DNA of 62,361 bases, filler included, from 4 parts of 4 records of this genome joined end to end with filler, not necessarily neighbours in it, one strand, 5' to 3'; counted from the first letter of the whole stretch, positions 1 through 10,085 are shown. Notes: generated from the sequence alone by a model not told the origin. Program-made: numbers and translations.

Positions 1-1506
1 ATTTAAGTCAACTTTTTCTAGGACGAGACAACCCGTTAAAAACACCTCTTGAGCATACATTGGGAAAATCCCTGAAGTAACCATTCCCTCAGAATAGTTA
101 TAACCAAGTTGTCGAAACCAATTGTTTTCAATGGGTGCCTCGCTGGGTTGTGGAGGGTCTAATTGCGACAAATCTCTTTTCAGTATCGTGAGCTCCTCAT
201 TTTTTAGAGAAAACCAATAAACAGAATTATTCCTCTGAAAGATAAGTGGCACAGTTGCTTCGGTATCCATTTGAAATAAACTCATTGAAGAGGCTCCGTC
301 ATGTCGATACAAATAAAAAGATGAGTCGTTCCCATTTGTTTGTTTAATATACAAGACGCTATCCTCCGTTAAGAAATAAGCTGGTTTATTCTCAAAATAA
401 CTAAAATCCCCCACTGGGAATCCATTCACACATGTTGGAAACGAGGTCTTTGGCCCTTTGGCCAAATCAGAGTACAACGCAATACTGTCATTTGGAGAGA
501 TGTATGCAAGTTCTTGTCCATAAGACAAAGACGTAGCATTGATATATCCGCCACCAAGATTCTCTAAAAAAGTAGGGTGTCCAGACTTCAATTGTTCAGT
601 GTACATTACTGGCTCGAATTGTGTCGGGTTAATCGTATCCCCTAATAAATAGACCGCTTCCTGTAAGCCCATAAATTGCATATAGAAGCCCGAGTCTTTG
701 AACCATAATGATCTTGCACGGCTTCCATTGTATTCCGTAAAAAAACTAGTTCCAAGAGTTGTGAAATTTGTCCTCCATACTTCCCATTCACCAGACGAAT
801 TCTTAATGTTAAAGTACATATAAGTAACATCTTCTCCTATCTTCAAAAAACTTGGGTACTGAAAGCTCGCAAAAGAGTAAAAACTTAACGCTTGTTGACC
901 CGCTATATAATCGTACAATACAAAATTTCCACTGCTCTCAGTAACTATTAAAACACGATTATTCTTGGTTTCCATAGAAACTATCGGGTCAGAGGATTGA
1001 AATACTATTTGCGTTCCTGAAAGCGTTCCATCACTCTCCCAAACACAGTGCATTTGATTATAAAACCCATTGATATAGAACCGATTATCACACATTAGAG
1101 CATGCCTTGGAGAATACTTGTCTGGATTGGTGTCAAACTTCTCATTTATTGGTATCGCTGTTATTGAAACTCCCAACGTATCCACGAAATTCAATGAGTG
1201 CAGTACACCACTAGAGACATATTCTTCCGAAATATAAAAAACTCCTGACTCACTCCTCCAATGACTCTCTGCATATCCATGACTCACAGCTAGTTCGTTT
1301 AGGGATTCATCAATGGAATTATACAGCCACAACTGACGCTCGAACTTTCCTTTTTTCTTTGTGAGGAAGAACAAATTATTTCCATTTCCTTTAATCGGAC
1401 GAACCTCCACAATACTGTCATCTACAAAAGAAGAAATAACCGTTTGCGCATTGGAATCAATACAGAGAAAGCAAATGAGTACTAAGATTATTTGGGACCG
1501 AATCAT
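1..1506 (-). CDS. Secreted hypothetical protein, ELWxxDGT-like repeat (3' end runs off the window)
   Basis: Not in the ORF track because it has no stop. ATG at 1506 gives MIRSQIILVLICFLCIDSNAQ (Bacteroidetes signal peptide ending A-Q) and contains CVWESDGTLSGTQ. The frame was stop-free in every segment I checked. Confidence 0.7.
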   Translation of the reverse strand, partial: MIRSQIILVLICFLCIDSNAQTVISSFVDDSIVEVRPIKGNGNNLFFLTKKKGKFERQLWLYNSIDESLNELAVSHGYAESHWRSESGVFYISEEYVSSGVLHSLNFVDTLGVSITAIPINEKFDTNPDKYSPRHALMCDNRFYINGFYNQMHCVWESDGTLSGTQIVFQSSDPIVSMETKNNRVLIVTESSGNFVLYDYIAGQQALSFYSFASFQYPSFLKIGEDVTYMYFNIKNSSGEWEVWRTNFTTLGTSFFTEYNGSRARSLWFKDSGFYMQFMGLQEAVYLLGDTINPTQFEPVMYTEQLKSGHPTFLENLGGGYINATSLSYGQELAYISPNDSIALYSDLAKGPKTSFPTCVNGFPVGDFSYFENKPAYFLTEDSVLYIKQTNGNDSSFYLYRHDGASSMSLFQMDTEATVPLIFQRNNSVYWFSLKNEELTILKRDLSQLDPPQPSEAPIENNWFRQLGYNYSEGMVTSGIFPMYAQEVFLTGCLVLEKVDLN

Positions 1507-1684
1507 TCTAAAGTCAGGTTCATTGAATGTAAATTTGAAAAAAAGATGTCCAAATGGCAATTAAAATGTCGAAATTTTAAATGTTTAAGGGCTTATTCTT
1601 AAAAGAAACTATCAAAATATGCATTCTATCTCTAGAAAAAATTACCGTTAGACAATATTTTAACCTAAAAAGAGATCTTCCAAT

Positions 1685-2260
1685 ATGACAGAAAAGCTAG
1701 TAGAACATATCAAACACTTCATTCCCGTTTCAGCAGAATTGGAGAACATGTTACAAGAAATTTGCACACTAAAAACTGTTGAAAAGGGAGTGTTTTTGCA
1801 TAAGCCAAACAGAATTTGTGAAGATGTCTATTTCATCAACTCTGGACTCTTGCGGCTCTTCTACAAAAAAGAAGACAAGGAAATTACAGACGATTTTTCA
1901 GCAGAGGGAGAATGGCTTACGTCCATTTATAGCTACATGAAAAACGTGCCCGACCATTTTTACATGGAAACGCTTGAAAGATCTGAACTAGTGAAAATAA
2001 ACCTTGCTCAATTTGAACAATGTTTCATCGACTTTCCTGAAATGGAGAGGTTTGGCAGATTGTTAATCTCTCATTATTTTATTGAAAAATCTGAAAGAAT
2101 TATCTCGCTTCAGTTTCACAGTGCCAGAGAAAAATATGCCTTTTTTTGCCAAACATCAAAGAACAAGGCTGCGAGAGTTCCGCTTGGCATGCTAGCATCT
2201 CATTTAGGAATCACTCAAGAAACATTGAGCAGAATAAGATCAGATAAAGATCCTTTTTGA
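1685..2260 (+). CDS. Crp/Fnr family transcriptional regulator
   Basis: cNMP-binding domain (VYFINSGLLRLFY) and C-terminal HTH LASHLGITQETLSRIR. Confidence 0.92.
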   Translation: MTEKLVEHIKHFIPVSAELENMLQEICTLKTVEKGVFLHKPNRICEDVYFINSGLLRLFYKKEDKEITDDFSAEGEWLTSIYSYMKNVPDHFYMETLERSELVKINLAQFEQCFIDFPEMERFGRLLISHYFIEKSERIISLQFHSAREKYAFFCQTSKNKAARVPLGMLASHLGITQETLSRIRSDKDPF

Positions 2261-2300
2261 TCTATGTCAAATTCACCAATTTTGTTGTTCTGTACATTTG
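2256..2300 (+). promoter_or_regulatory. Crp/Fnr-type box plus Bacteroidetes -7 element for the 2325 gene
   Basis: Palindrome TTTGA-TCTATG-TCAAA (2256-2271) overlaps the regulator's stop codon; TACATTTG (TAnnTTTG) at 2293-2300. Confidence 0.7.
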
Positions 2301-2324
2301 TAAACACAACAGAATTATAGAAAA

Positions 2325-2846
2325 ATGAAATCAATAAACGTTTTAATTAGGATTACTTTAACCGCCCTTCTCGTAGTATGGGCAATAACTCCCTATTGGA
2401 ACAAACCTTCGAACGAAAGTGCTTTGGGTGAAATCATGTCCATTGGTGTTTTGGGCAGCGTAATCATTATGAGTTCCTTTTTTGTTTTCGTTGCTTTCTA
2501 TTGTATTACACTCCAAAAATGCTTCGCCTTAATTAGGCCTGAAAACAGAAAAACAAAGCCAACTTCGGTTTGGTATATGTTTGCTATTCCGTTCAATTTT
2601 GTTGAGGACTTTTTCATTGTTATTCATTTAGCCAACTCCATCGAAGAAGAAAAAAAGACGAATAAAAAACTCGGAAATATCTCCGATTTCGGAATGGTAT
2701 CTGGGATTGGCTGGAGCATTGCACAAGTAATGTCCTTTATTCCAACAATTGTCGGTCAGATTTCTGGCTTGATAGGAATGATCTTGGTGATATTCCACTG
2801 GGTGCAAATTGCAAAAATCAACCGTTTACTCAAGGCGGTCGATTAA
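2325..2846 (+). CDS. Hypothetical multi-pass membrane protein
   Basis: Several hydrophobic segments; motif RPENRK..P..VW...IP. Confidence 0.75.
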   Translation: MKSINVLIRITLTALLVVWAITPYWNKPSNESALGEIMSIGVLGSVIIMSSFFVFVAFYCITLQKCFALIRPENRKTKPTSVWYMFAIPFNFVEDFFIVIHLANSIEEEKKTNKKLGNISDFGMVSGIGWSIAQVMSFIPTIVGQISGLIGMILVIFHWVQIAKINRLLKAVD

Positions 2847-2974
2847 ATTTCTAAATTTCGTTCAGTTGCGGAGAAAACCTTTCCTGAACAGTTGTTCTCA
2901 ACTTTACCTTTCTTCCGTTTCGAACGCAGAAACAAGCAAAGAATTATCTTTGAGGCTCACGTCAAAAGCTAGCG

Positions 2975-3652
2975 ATGAATCAAGCACTCAAAAATTTAAT
3001 TGAAGCCGAGCGAAAAGCCGAAGTTCTTTTCAAAACAATTGAAGACCGACAATTGGTTGTTGCTGGGAAAACAGAAAAGGAATTAAACACTGAAGTTTTT
3101 GAATTGGCGCTTGAATTATTTGGCATCAAAAAATACTGGCACAAACGCATTGTTCGGGCGGGAGAAAATACGTTATTACCGTATCAAGGAAATCCTCCTG
3201 ATTTAATTCTTCGAGAAGATGAAATTGTCTTTTTCGATTTCGGTCCAGTCTTCGAAGACTGGGAAGCAGATTACGGAAAAACGTACGTGCTCGGAAATGA
3301 TCTGAAGAAACTACAACTACAGCGAGACACTGAGCTCGCCTGGATTGAAGGAAAGGCGTATTTCGATGCGCATAGGGACTCAATTACTGGGGCGCAATTT
3401 TATCAATACACGTTTGATCTAGCGAAAAAGTACGGTTGGCACTATGGAAATCATCATTGTGGTCACCTCATCGGGAACTTTCCACATGAGAAAATTGTGG
3501 GGGAAGAAGAAATCAATTATATCCACCCAAACAACCATCAACGGATGAGTGATCCGGACCAGCACGGAAATGATCGATTCTGGATTTATGAAATTCATTT
3601 TGTAGATCTCGATGAAAAAATCGGCGGATTTGTGGAACGATTGGTGTCATAA
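2975..3652 (+). CDS. M24 family metallopeptidase (Xaa-Pro aminopeptidase-like)
   Basis: FFDFGPVFEDWEADYGKT, HHCGHLIGNFPHE and WIYEIHF metal-ligand motifs. Confidence 0.88.
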   Translation: MNQALKNLIEAERKAEVLFKTIEDRQLVVAGKTEKELNTEVFELALELFGIKKYWHKRIVRAGENTLLPYQGNPPDLILREDEIVFFDFGPVFEDWEADYGKTYVLGNDLKKLQLQRDTELAWIEGKAYFDAHRDSITGAQFYQYTFDLAKKYGWHYGNHHCGHLIGNFPHEKIVGEEEINYIHPNNHQRMSDPDQHGNDRFWIYEIHFVDLDEKIGGFVERLVS

Positions 3653-3739
3653 AAAAACGCCGACCATGGAGAAATGGACGACGCTCTTTAACTAACGCTT
3701 AATTAACTGTTCTAAATTAGGGAGCGTTTATTTAAAATT

Positions 3740-5230
3740 TTACTGGACAACAAATCGTGCAAACGAAGTGCTTCCATCTTTGAACGTGCATTGAACAAAA
3801 TATACACCGTCTTGAAGTTGATTAATATTCAATTCCAGATCGTTTCCTATAGTTGTTCTTGTTAAATCCAACAGGTTTCCATTGATATTTCTAATCGTGA
3901 GTTCTTGCAAATCGCTTTCGTCAACACCTGAAATTCGCACCTTTTCTTTTGCTGGATTTGGATAGATACTAATTTCTTTCACTTGCTGCGTTTTTGCAGA
4001 GATAACGTCTGAATATACTGACGTTCCATCAGTGTCGACTTGTAACAAACGGTAATAATTTGTTCCCGAAGCAGGCGATTTATCCAAGAAATCATACGAT
4101 CTCAATTCCATAGAGTTTCCAGCACCAGGAATCACTGAAATAGTTTCCCAGAAACCTAAGTCTGTAGAGCGTTGAACAGCAAAATAATTGCTATTTCTCT
4201 CCGATTGCGTTGTCCAACTAAGTTGATTTTCTCCACCAAAAGACTTCACATCCCATGAGCTTAACTCAACTGGGAGAATGAGAATTCCACAGTTTGTTGT
4301 TGCCGTTCCTCCGTTGTTGTTCACACTAATATTTTGAATCGTATTTGCATAATTGGTTACCAACAAAACATACACTTCGGTAGTGTTCACATTTGATAGA
4401 TTCACCTGTTCTACTTCAGAAGTTGAATAACTACAATCTTGTGGCACACCGTAATTATTACAATTCGACGTCGCCTGAGTTAAGTTTGTGTAAGGTCCCC
4501 AGATTGCAAAATCTACATCTGATCCAGCGGAAATATCAATCACCAAGTTTCCTCCTTGTGCTATTTCCAAGTAATACCAAGATGGATTTGGACTTGTTTG
4601 TAAACAACCATAATTATTTCCTGGGTTTGACTGAGATGCTGGAGTTGCTCCTGTGTTTGCCGTAAAATTAATTGGTGTTCCTGAACAAATTGGCGATGGT
4701 GAAGAACACGTTGCGTTGGACGCTAATGGTGAAGGAAACGTGAGACAAATAGAAAATGTTCCCGTTGCATTATTTCCGTTACCATTACCATTACCAGCTC
4801 CTCCATATTTCCAAAATCGAATGTAATAAACGTTCCCTGGAATTAAACCTGTTGCATTAATTTGAGGCATCAGCCCTGGTCCTGAATCATCGTCGCATTG
4901 GATTAGATTAAAGTTACTTGGGCAACCTCCACTATACAAAGCCATTCCACCGTCATTAATAGAACCTGCAGTTGTTTGAATGTTTACCGCTCCACCTGGA
5001 GGAGCAATAAATGAATACCAAACATCTGGAGCTCCAGGACTCGCACATGGTGGTGTTCCCGCATTCGCAGCATTCGACGAATAAGTTGCGCCAGCTGTAG
5101 TTCCGTTGGTGTTTACACAATTGGTTCCAGCGACTAAAAGAGGAGGAAATGGAATTCCACATGGCGTGTTGGACTGTCCAATTACAATGGACGATAGGAA
5201 GAATATAGTAAGTAGTAAAATAGTTTTCAT
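3740..5230 (-). CDS. T9SS (type A CTD) secreted Cys-rich protein
   Basis: Signal peptide; DVWYSF...CDDDSG and NYGCL..PNPSWYY..DVDFAIWGP domains; LPVEL Ig-like domain; C-terminal IYPNPA...GVYFV sorting domain. Confidence 0.88.
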   Translation of the reverse strand: MKTILLLTIFFLSSIVIGQSNTPCGIPFPPLLVAGTNCVNTNGTTAGATYSSNAANAGTPPCASPGAPDVWYSFIAPPGGAVNIQTTAGSINDGGMALYSGGCPSNFNLIQCDDDSGPGLMPQINATGLIPGNVYYIRFWKYGGAGNGNGNGNNATGTFSICLTFPSPLASNATCSSPSPICSGTPINFTANTGATPASQSNPGNNYGCLQTSPNPSWYYLEIAQGGNLVIDISAGSDVDFAIWGPYTNLTQATSNCNNYGVPQDCSYSTSEVEQVNLSNVNTTEVYVLLVTNYANTIQNISVNNNGGTATTNCGILILPVELSSWDVKSFGGENQLSWTTQSERNSNYFAVQRSTDLGFWETISVIPGAGNSMELRSYDFLDKSPASGTNYYRLLQVDTDGTSVYSDVISAKTQQVKEISIYPNPAKEKVRISGVDESDLQELTIRNINGNLLDLTRTTIGNDLELNINQLQDGVYFVQCTFKDGSTSFARFVVQ

Positions 5231-5257
5231 AGAATCTGTTTTAAATATGTTGGAGTA

Positions 5258-5692
5258 TTAAAAATTAAGGATGTCTTGTTTTGTAAGCTCTTCTCCTATT
5301 AATACCAAAATGTGTGGAGCGTCATAAATTTCACGGAGGTCAGTTTCTTCTGCCATGTATTCGCTTCGCTTTACAATTTTAACTCCTTGATGAGTCGCCA
5401 ACCACTCTTTAATAAAATTTGATGTATTCAATTCCTCTTCGGTTTGTGTCAGATTATTTAATGAGGAAGCTTCAATGTTTATATCCTTTGAAATGGCCGC
5501 GTCTGAACCATCTATAAAAACAACATTTCTAGAAATTTCTTGTTGAACTTCCTTATCAAGCTTTGAAAAGCTTTCTTGAGTCATCATTAATGCCGTTGGA
5601 TTCGCTTTTTGCAATGCTATTAAATCTGCTTGTTCTTGGGAGAATGATTGCAGGGAGAGCAATGTAATAATTAGTGTAGTGTATGTTTTCAT
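5258..5692 (-). CDS. Secreted hypothetical protein
   Basis: Signal peptide from MKTYTTLIITLLSLQSFSQ. The track start at 5713 lies inside the promoter -10 motif, so ATG 5692 is preferred. Confidence 0.7.
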   Translation of the reverse strand: MKTYTTLIITLLSLQSFSQEQADLIALQKANPTALMMTQESFSKLDKEVQQEISRNVVFIDGSDAAISKDINIEASSLNNLTQTEEELNTSNFIKEWLATHQGVKIVKRSEYMAEETDLREIYDAPHILVLIGEELTKQDILNF

Positions 5693-5707
5693 CTTTTCAA
5701 TTTTGCC

Positions 5708-5739
5708 ATACATACGTCCCTAATTGAATCTTGGATTTT
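5708..5739 (-). promoter_or_regulatory. Candidate ECF sigma promoter, copy 1
   Basis: AAAATCC-N16-CGTATGTAT on the minus strand; same core as 6041 and 9440. Confidence 0.75.
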
Positions 5740-6040
5740 TTGATCACCTCTTTTCGATCAAACACCCACTTTCAAAGATCAAATCAGACCTCCCACTGTA
5801 TATTTAAATAAACTGTTGATTTATTGTTCAGAAATAGCTCGTTATTAAACCATCTTCTTATTTCATTAAACTTTAATAAGGCAAATAAGGGTCAAAGATG
5901 AAAGGGTTCAGCTATTATAACTCTGATAATTAATCCTATATGATCAAATTACTAAAAAAATAATTTTTAAGTATAAGTGCTTGATAAACAACACCTTAAC
6001 AAGATTATAACTACAAAAACCATCCTTTTTTCAACTTTTA

Positions 6041-6072
6041 AAAATCCGAAACAGGAAAGCCAGCGTATGTAT
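6041..6072 (+). promoter_or_regulatory. Candidate ECF sigma promoter, copy 2
   Basis: AAAATCC(6041-6047)-N16-CGTATGTAT(6064-6072). Confidence 0.8.
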
Positions 6073-6094
6073 GTCGAATTTAAAAAACAACGAA

Positions 6095-7087
6095 ATGAAA
6101 CATTCAAAAAAATTAGTACTATCCTTCCTTGCGTTAACCGTAGTATTCGGAATGCAATCTTGTAAGAAAGACGATGTTGAGCCAACACCAACACCAACGC
6201 CGGCAATGATGTCCGCAACATATAACTATGAGTTCAACAATGGACAAGTAGTTCCTGCCGCGGCTTACGACGGAACACACATGGACAATCTTACTGCAAG
6301 TTTAAAAGTAGAAGAGACCTCTTCAACAACTTCAAAAATTACGGTGACCTTAACTAATACAGTTGCTGGTCAAGTTTATCACACACATGCACATGATGCA
6401 GCAGATCCAAACACAACGCCAAACGGGACTCCATACAACGAGACACCAAACACGGCGGTTTACACTAAAATGATCATGGGTAATGGTGGAACTGTTCAAG
6501 TATCACAAGATGTTAACATGAGCTATAGTGCAATTACAGGTACTTACGATGGATTCCTTGTAGTACATGATCCTTTACAACCATTAACAACTGTGGATAT
6601 CTCAACGTATTTGATCGTAGGTTCATTTGCACGTACTCAAGCTGCATCAAACCTTTCAGGTATGACTTTCCCTTATGCATTTAATACAGGTCAAGTAGAT
6701 CCAAATTACGCATACAGTGGAGCACATGCTGCAACATTATCAGGAAAAGTAAAAGTTCAAGCATTGGCTGATGGAACATCAAGAGTTTCTGTAATGTTAG
6801 ACAACACATTGAGCGGAGAAACGTACCACGTTCACTCTCACGACATGGCAGATCCGAATACAACACCAAACGGAACACCATATAACGAAACACCAAACAC
6901 AGATGTATGTACAATGATGATTATGGGTAACGGCGGAACTGCTGGAAACACTCAAATGAGCTCAATGTCTTACACTGATATCACAACAACTTACAACGGA
7001 TTCTTTGTGGCACACGACCCACTTCAAGCAATTACAACAGTTGATCCAACGACTTATGTATTGTTAGGAGTATTCGCAAGAATGTAA
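6095..7087 (+). CDS. Lipoprotein with two tandem His-rich CHRD-like domains
   Basis: Lipobox MQSC-KKDD and Pro/Thr linker; two ~145-aa repeats, each with YHxHxHDxADPNTTPNGTPYNETPN and GFxVxHDP. Confidence 0.8.
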   Translation: MKHSKKLVLSFLALTVVFGMQSCKKDDVEPTPTPTPAMMSATYNYEFNNGQVVPAAAYDGTHMDNLTASLKVEETSSTTSKITVTLTNTVAGQVYHTHAHDAADPNTTPNGTPYNETPNTAVYTKMIMGNGGTVQVSQDVNMSYSAITGTYDGFLVVHDPLQPLTTVDISTYLIVGSFARTQAASNLSGMTFPYAFNTGQVDPNYAYSGAHAATLSGKVKVQALADGTSRVSVMLDNTLSGETYHVHSHDMADPNTTPNGTPYNETPNTDVCTMMIMGNGGTAGNTQMSSMSYTDITTTYNGFFVAHDPLQAITTVDPTTYVLLGVFARM

Positions 7088-7094
7088 CAAAATT

Positions 7095-7116
7095 AAAAGC
7101 CCCCTCGGGGGCTTTT
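7095..7116 (+). terminator. Intrinsic terminator
   Basis: AAAAGCCCCC-TC-GGGGGCTTTT hairpin right after the 7087 stop. Confidence 0.8.
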
Positions 7117-7168
7117 ATTACCACTTTAATTATCTATTGAATGGAATTGAGTATTTTGGTACTCGTAT

Positions 7169-7732
7169 ATGGTAGACCAAGAAAAAATCGAAGGCTTAGT
7201 GATCCAACTTCAACAAGGAGATGAGAAAGCTCTGTCTACACTCTACGACATGTACAGTTCTTCCCTTTACGGTTTAGTTTTAAAAATTGTGAGGGATGAC
7301 GGATTAGCCCAAGATGTTTTACAGGATTGCTTTGTGAATATTTGGAAAAAAGCAGCTTCCTATTCTCCATCAAAAGGTTCATTTTTTACTTGGATGCTCA
7401 ATATCTGCCGAAATAAGTCGATAGATGAGCTCAGAAAGATTGAGAGAACAAGAACAGGAAATGATGAATTATCGAATTCGGGAATTTCTACAAACAATGG
7501 ACTAGATACAAATATCGATACCATTGGAATTAAAGACATAATACATAAACTTCCTAAGGAGCAACAGGTGATAATTGATTTCATCTACTTCAGAGGATAC
7601 ACACAACAAGAAGTTTCAGATGAGCTTGACATTCCTTTAGGGACTGTAAAAACAAGAGCTCGGATGGCGTTAATAGAATTAAGAGAAAGTTTTACAATAC
7701 TGATTTTACTGTGGATATTAAAGAATACATAG
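7169..7732 (+). CDS. ECF RNA polymerase sigma factor, SigK-like
   Basis: AQDVLQDCFVNIW, FFTWMLNICRNKSID, YFRGYTQQEVSDELDIPLGTVKTR. Confidence 0.95.
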   Translation: MVDQEKIEGLVIQLQQGDEKALSTLYDMYSSSLYGLVLKIVRDDGLAQDVLQDCFVNIWKKAASYSPSKGSFFTWMLNICRNKSIDELRKIERTRTGNDELSNSGISTNNGLDTNIDTIGIKDIIHKLPKEQQVIIDFIYFRGYTQQEVSDELDIPLGTVKTRARMALIELRESFTILILLWILKNT

Positions 7733-8565
7733 CATCTGGCATACTCGAAAGTTATGCGTTAGGATTCGCCTCAGACCAAGAGCGTCGTGAGGTGGAGTGC
7801 TTGAGTTCTATCTACCCAGAACTGAAGGACGAGTTGTCATTAGTTCAACAATCTCTTGAAAACTACGCCGAAACGATTGCGGTATCTCCTCCAATTTCTT
7901 TGAAGGAAAATATTCTTGCAGCAATAAAAGATGTTGAGCAAGATGCACCGCATGAAAAAGAATCAAAATTAAACGTAGTTCCTTCGGAAGCTGCTAAAAA
8001 CGAAGACGAGAAAACGACTAAAATCATCCGAATGGATCGCTACCTAAAAGTAGGAATTGCTGCTTCATTCACATTGTTAGTTGGACTTGGGGTTCTTTAC
8101 CAATCGTCTAATCGCTCAAATAGAGAACTTCGCAGTGATCTTGCTTCTGTAGAATCTAAAATCGATGCTCAGTATCAGGAACAACTCGCTACATTAAAAG
8201 ACTCACTTTCTTTGAATTCATCGCGTGAACAATTGATGCTCGCAGATGGTACAAGAGAAATTGTCCTGGCTGGAACAGATATTAGCCCGCTTTCAAAAGC
8301 ACGCGTATTCTGGAATGAAGAACAAGAACGATTTATGTTGGTTTCTGACGATCTTCCTACACCAGAATCTGGTAAACAATATCAACTTTGGGCAATCGCC
8401 GACGGTACTCCAGTAGATTTAGGCGTGTTAGACAAATCATCGAAGTTGACTGTTCCAAAAGACATTTCCCTAGCTAAAATTCAAGCGTTTGCAATTACAC
8501 TTGAGAAAGATGGTGGAAGTCCAACTCCTACATTGGATCAAATGTACGTAGTGGGAAGTATCTAG
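7711..8565 (+). CDS. Anti-sigma factor, RskA family
   Basis: N-terminal YIASGILESYALG, one TM helix, C-terminal GKQYQLWAI...AFAITLE..GGSPTP; overlaps the sigma gene. Confidence 0.92.
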   Translation: MDIKEYIASGILESYALGFASDQERREVECLSSIYPELKDELSLVQQSLENYAETIAVSPPISLKENILAAIKDVEQDAPHEKESKLNVVPSEAAKNEDEKTTKIIRMDRYLKVGIAASFTLLVGLGVLYQSSNRSNRELRSDLASVESKIDAQYQEQLATLKDSLSLNSSREQLMLADGTREIVLAGTDISPLSKARVFWNEEQERFMLVSDDLPTPESGKQYQLWAIADGTPVDLGVLDKSSKLTVPKDISLAKIQAFAITLEKDGGSPTPTLDQMYVVGSI

Positions 8566-8569
8566 AACA

Positions 8570-9244
8570 TTATTCCCATAAATCAACAATTCCCATTTTT
8601 CTTAATTCATCAAAATACATTTTGACCGCTTTCGGTTCATCATCGTAAAAATCTTCCCAGAACGAATACCTTTCTGGAACGTATTTTCCATTTGAGAACG
8701 CTTCTATCTCTATGGTTCCTTCACCGAAAGCGTCTGTTGTAACACAATACAGTTCAGAAATTGAATCCAAATTAATTTGAAATAACTCCGCAGGAACAAA
8801 TCCAGATGGGAGAAAGTCATTTGTTTTATCAACGTAGTTTACCAACATGGTATGGTTTCCCTTCTTTATCCCTGAGATTATCTTCAAAAACTCATAGCTC
8901 TCCCCTTCAACAATTTGCCAATTCCTGATTTCATTTCCATCATAATTCAACGCGTGTTGCTTTATGCACTTTCCCTTAATTATCTTTGAATTACGATTAA
9001 TCAGTTCCTGTTCAAATTCGTTAATTAATCTTTCAGGGAGGTTTGATTTAATGAACTGCTTCAGCTGACTTATGGAGAACCCCTTATAATCTGCACTGAT
9101 AAGTTCCAAATAATTATCTTCCCCAATCAAATTTTCAACCTCCAACGAAATCTGACTGTAAATCCATTTCGTAAACTCACTCACTTTTTGAACTGACAAT
9201 ACAATCTCAAATAAATCTGACCCAATTTTATTGTTCTCTTCCAT
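8570..9244 (-). CDS. Hypothetical protein
   Basis: 224-aa ORF convergent with the anti-sigma gene; no family recognised. Confidence 0.65.
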   Translation of the reverse strand: MEENNKIGSDLFEIVLSVQKVSEFTKWIYSQISLEVENLIGEDNYLELISADYKGFSISQLKQFIKSNLPERLINEFEQELINRNSKIIKGKCIKQHALNYDGNEIRNWQIVEGESYEFLKIISGIKKGNHTMLVNYVDKTNDFLPSGFVPAELFQINLDSISELYCVTTDAFGEGTIEIEAFSNGKYVPERYSFWEDFYDDEPKAVKMYFDELRKMGIVDLWE

Positions 9245-9439
9245 ACATTGTTGTCTAGATCCTTGGATAGATCATAACCTTCTTTTCGAAAAGTAAAAAA
9301 TCCTGAGAATTTCTGACAGATAAAATAATAGAACCAGTAGATCTCTGGGGTAAATTACTAAATACTTCAAAAAAATAACGCTCTGTAACCCCCATTTTTA
9401 AAGGGTCTTGAAATTATTTTCAAAAAATATCACTTTTTG

Positions 9440-9471
9440 AAAATCCAAAACTCAAACACAGGCGTATGTAT
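9440..9471 (+). promoter_or_regulatory. Candidate ECF sigma promoter, copy 3
   Basis: AAAATCC(9440-9446)-N16-CGTATGTAT(9463-9471). Confidence 0.8.
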
Positions 9472-9508
9472 CTCGAATTTGAAAAACAAACAAGAAAAAT
9501 AAAACAAC

Positions 9509-10057
9509 ATGAAAAAGAACATTTTATTAGTAGCAGGATTAGTACTTAGCCTTTCAGCAACCACTTTCGGTCAAACAACAATGGTAGGTGGAGAGCAAAT
9601 GTATCCAAAGAAAAACATCGTAGAAAACGCTGTAAATTCTAAAACACATACAACATTAGTAGCAGCGGTAAAAGCAGCAGGATTAGTAGAAGCACTTCAA
9701 GGTGATGGACCACTTACTGTTTTCGCTCCAGTAAACGATGCTTTTGAAAACTTACCAGAAGGAACAGTAGCAACGCTTTTGAAACCAGAAAACAAAGAAA
9801 CGTTGACGAAAGTTCTTACTTACCACGTGGTAGCTGGTAAATATGATTTCAAAGCAATCAGTGATCTGATCAAAAAAGGAAAAGGAAAAGCAACATTAAC
9901 AACATTGAGCGGTGGAACACTTACTGCAATGATGAATGGTGAGCACAACATCAGTGTAATGGATGAAAACGGAAACACAGCAAACATTACAGTTTACGAT
10001 GTATATCAGTCGAATGGAGTAATCCACGTATTGGATGCGGTAATGTTGCCAAAATAA
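9509..10057 (+). CDS. Fasciclin (FAS1) domain protein
   Basis: TLVAAVKAAGLV, TVFAPVNDAF, LTYHVV, SNGVIHVLDAV; signal peptide. Confidence 0.96.
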   Translation: MKKNILLVAGLVLSLSATTFGQTTMVGGEQMYPKKNIVENAVNSKTHTTLVAAVKAAGLVEALQGDGPLTVFAPVNDAFENLPEGTVATLLKPENKETLTKVLTYHVVAGKYDFKAISDLIKKGKGKATLTTLSGGTLTAMMNGEHNISVMDENGNTANITVYDVYQSNGVIHVLDAVMLPK

Positions 10058-10085
10058 TACTCATATAGTGTAGTTGGTTAGGTCT

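Noticed and set aside
4768-4800. Short GGTAAT-like repeats
   Set aside because: They encode a Gly-Asn linker in a secreted protein
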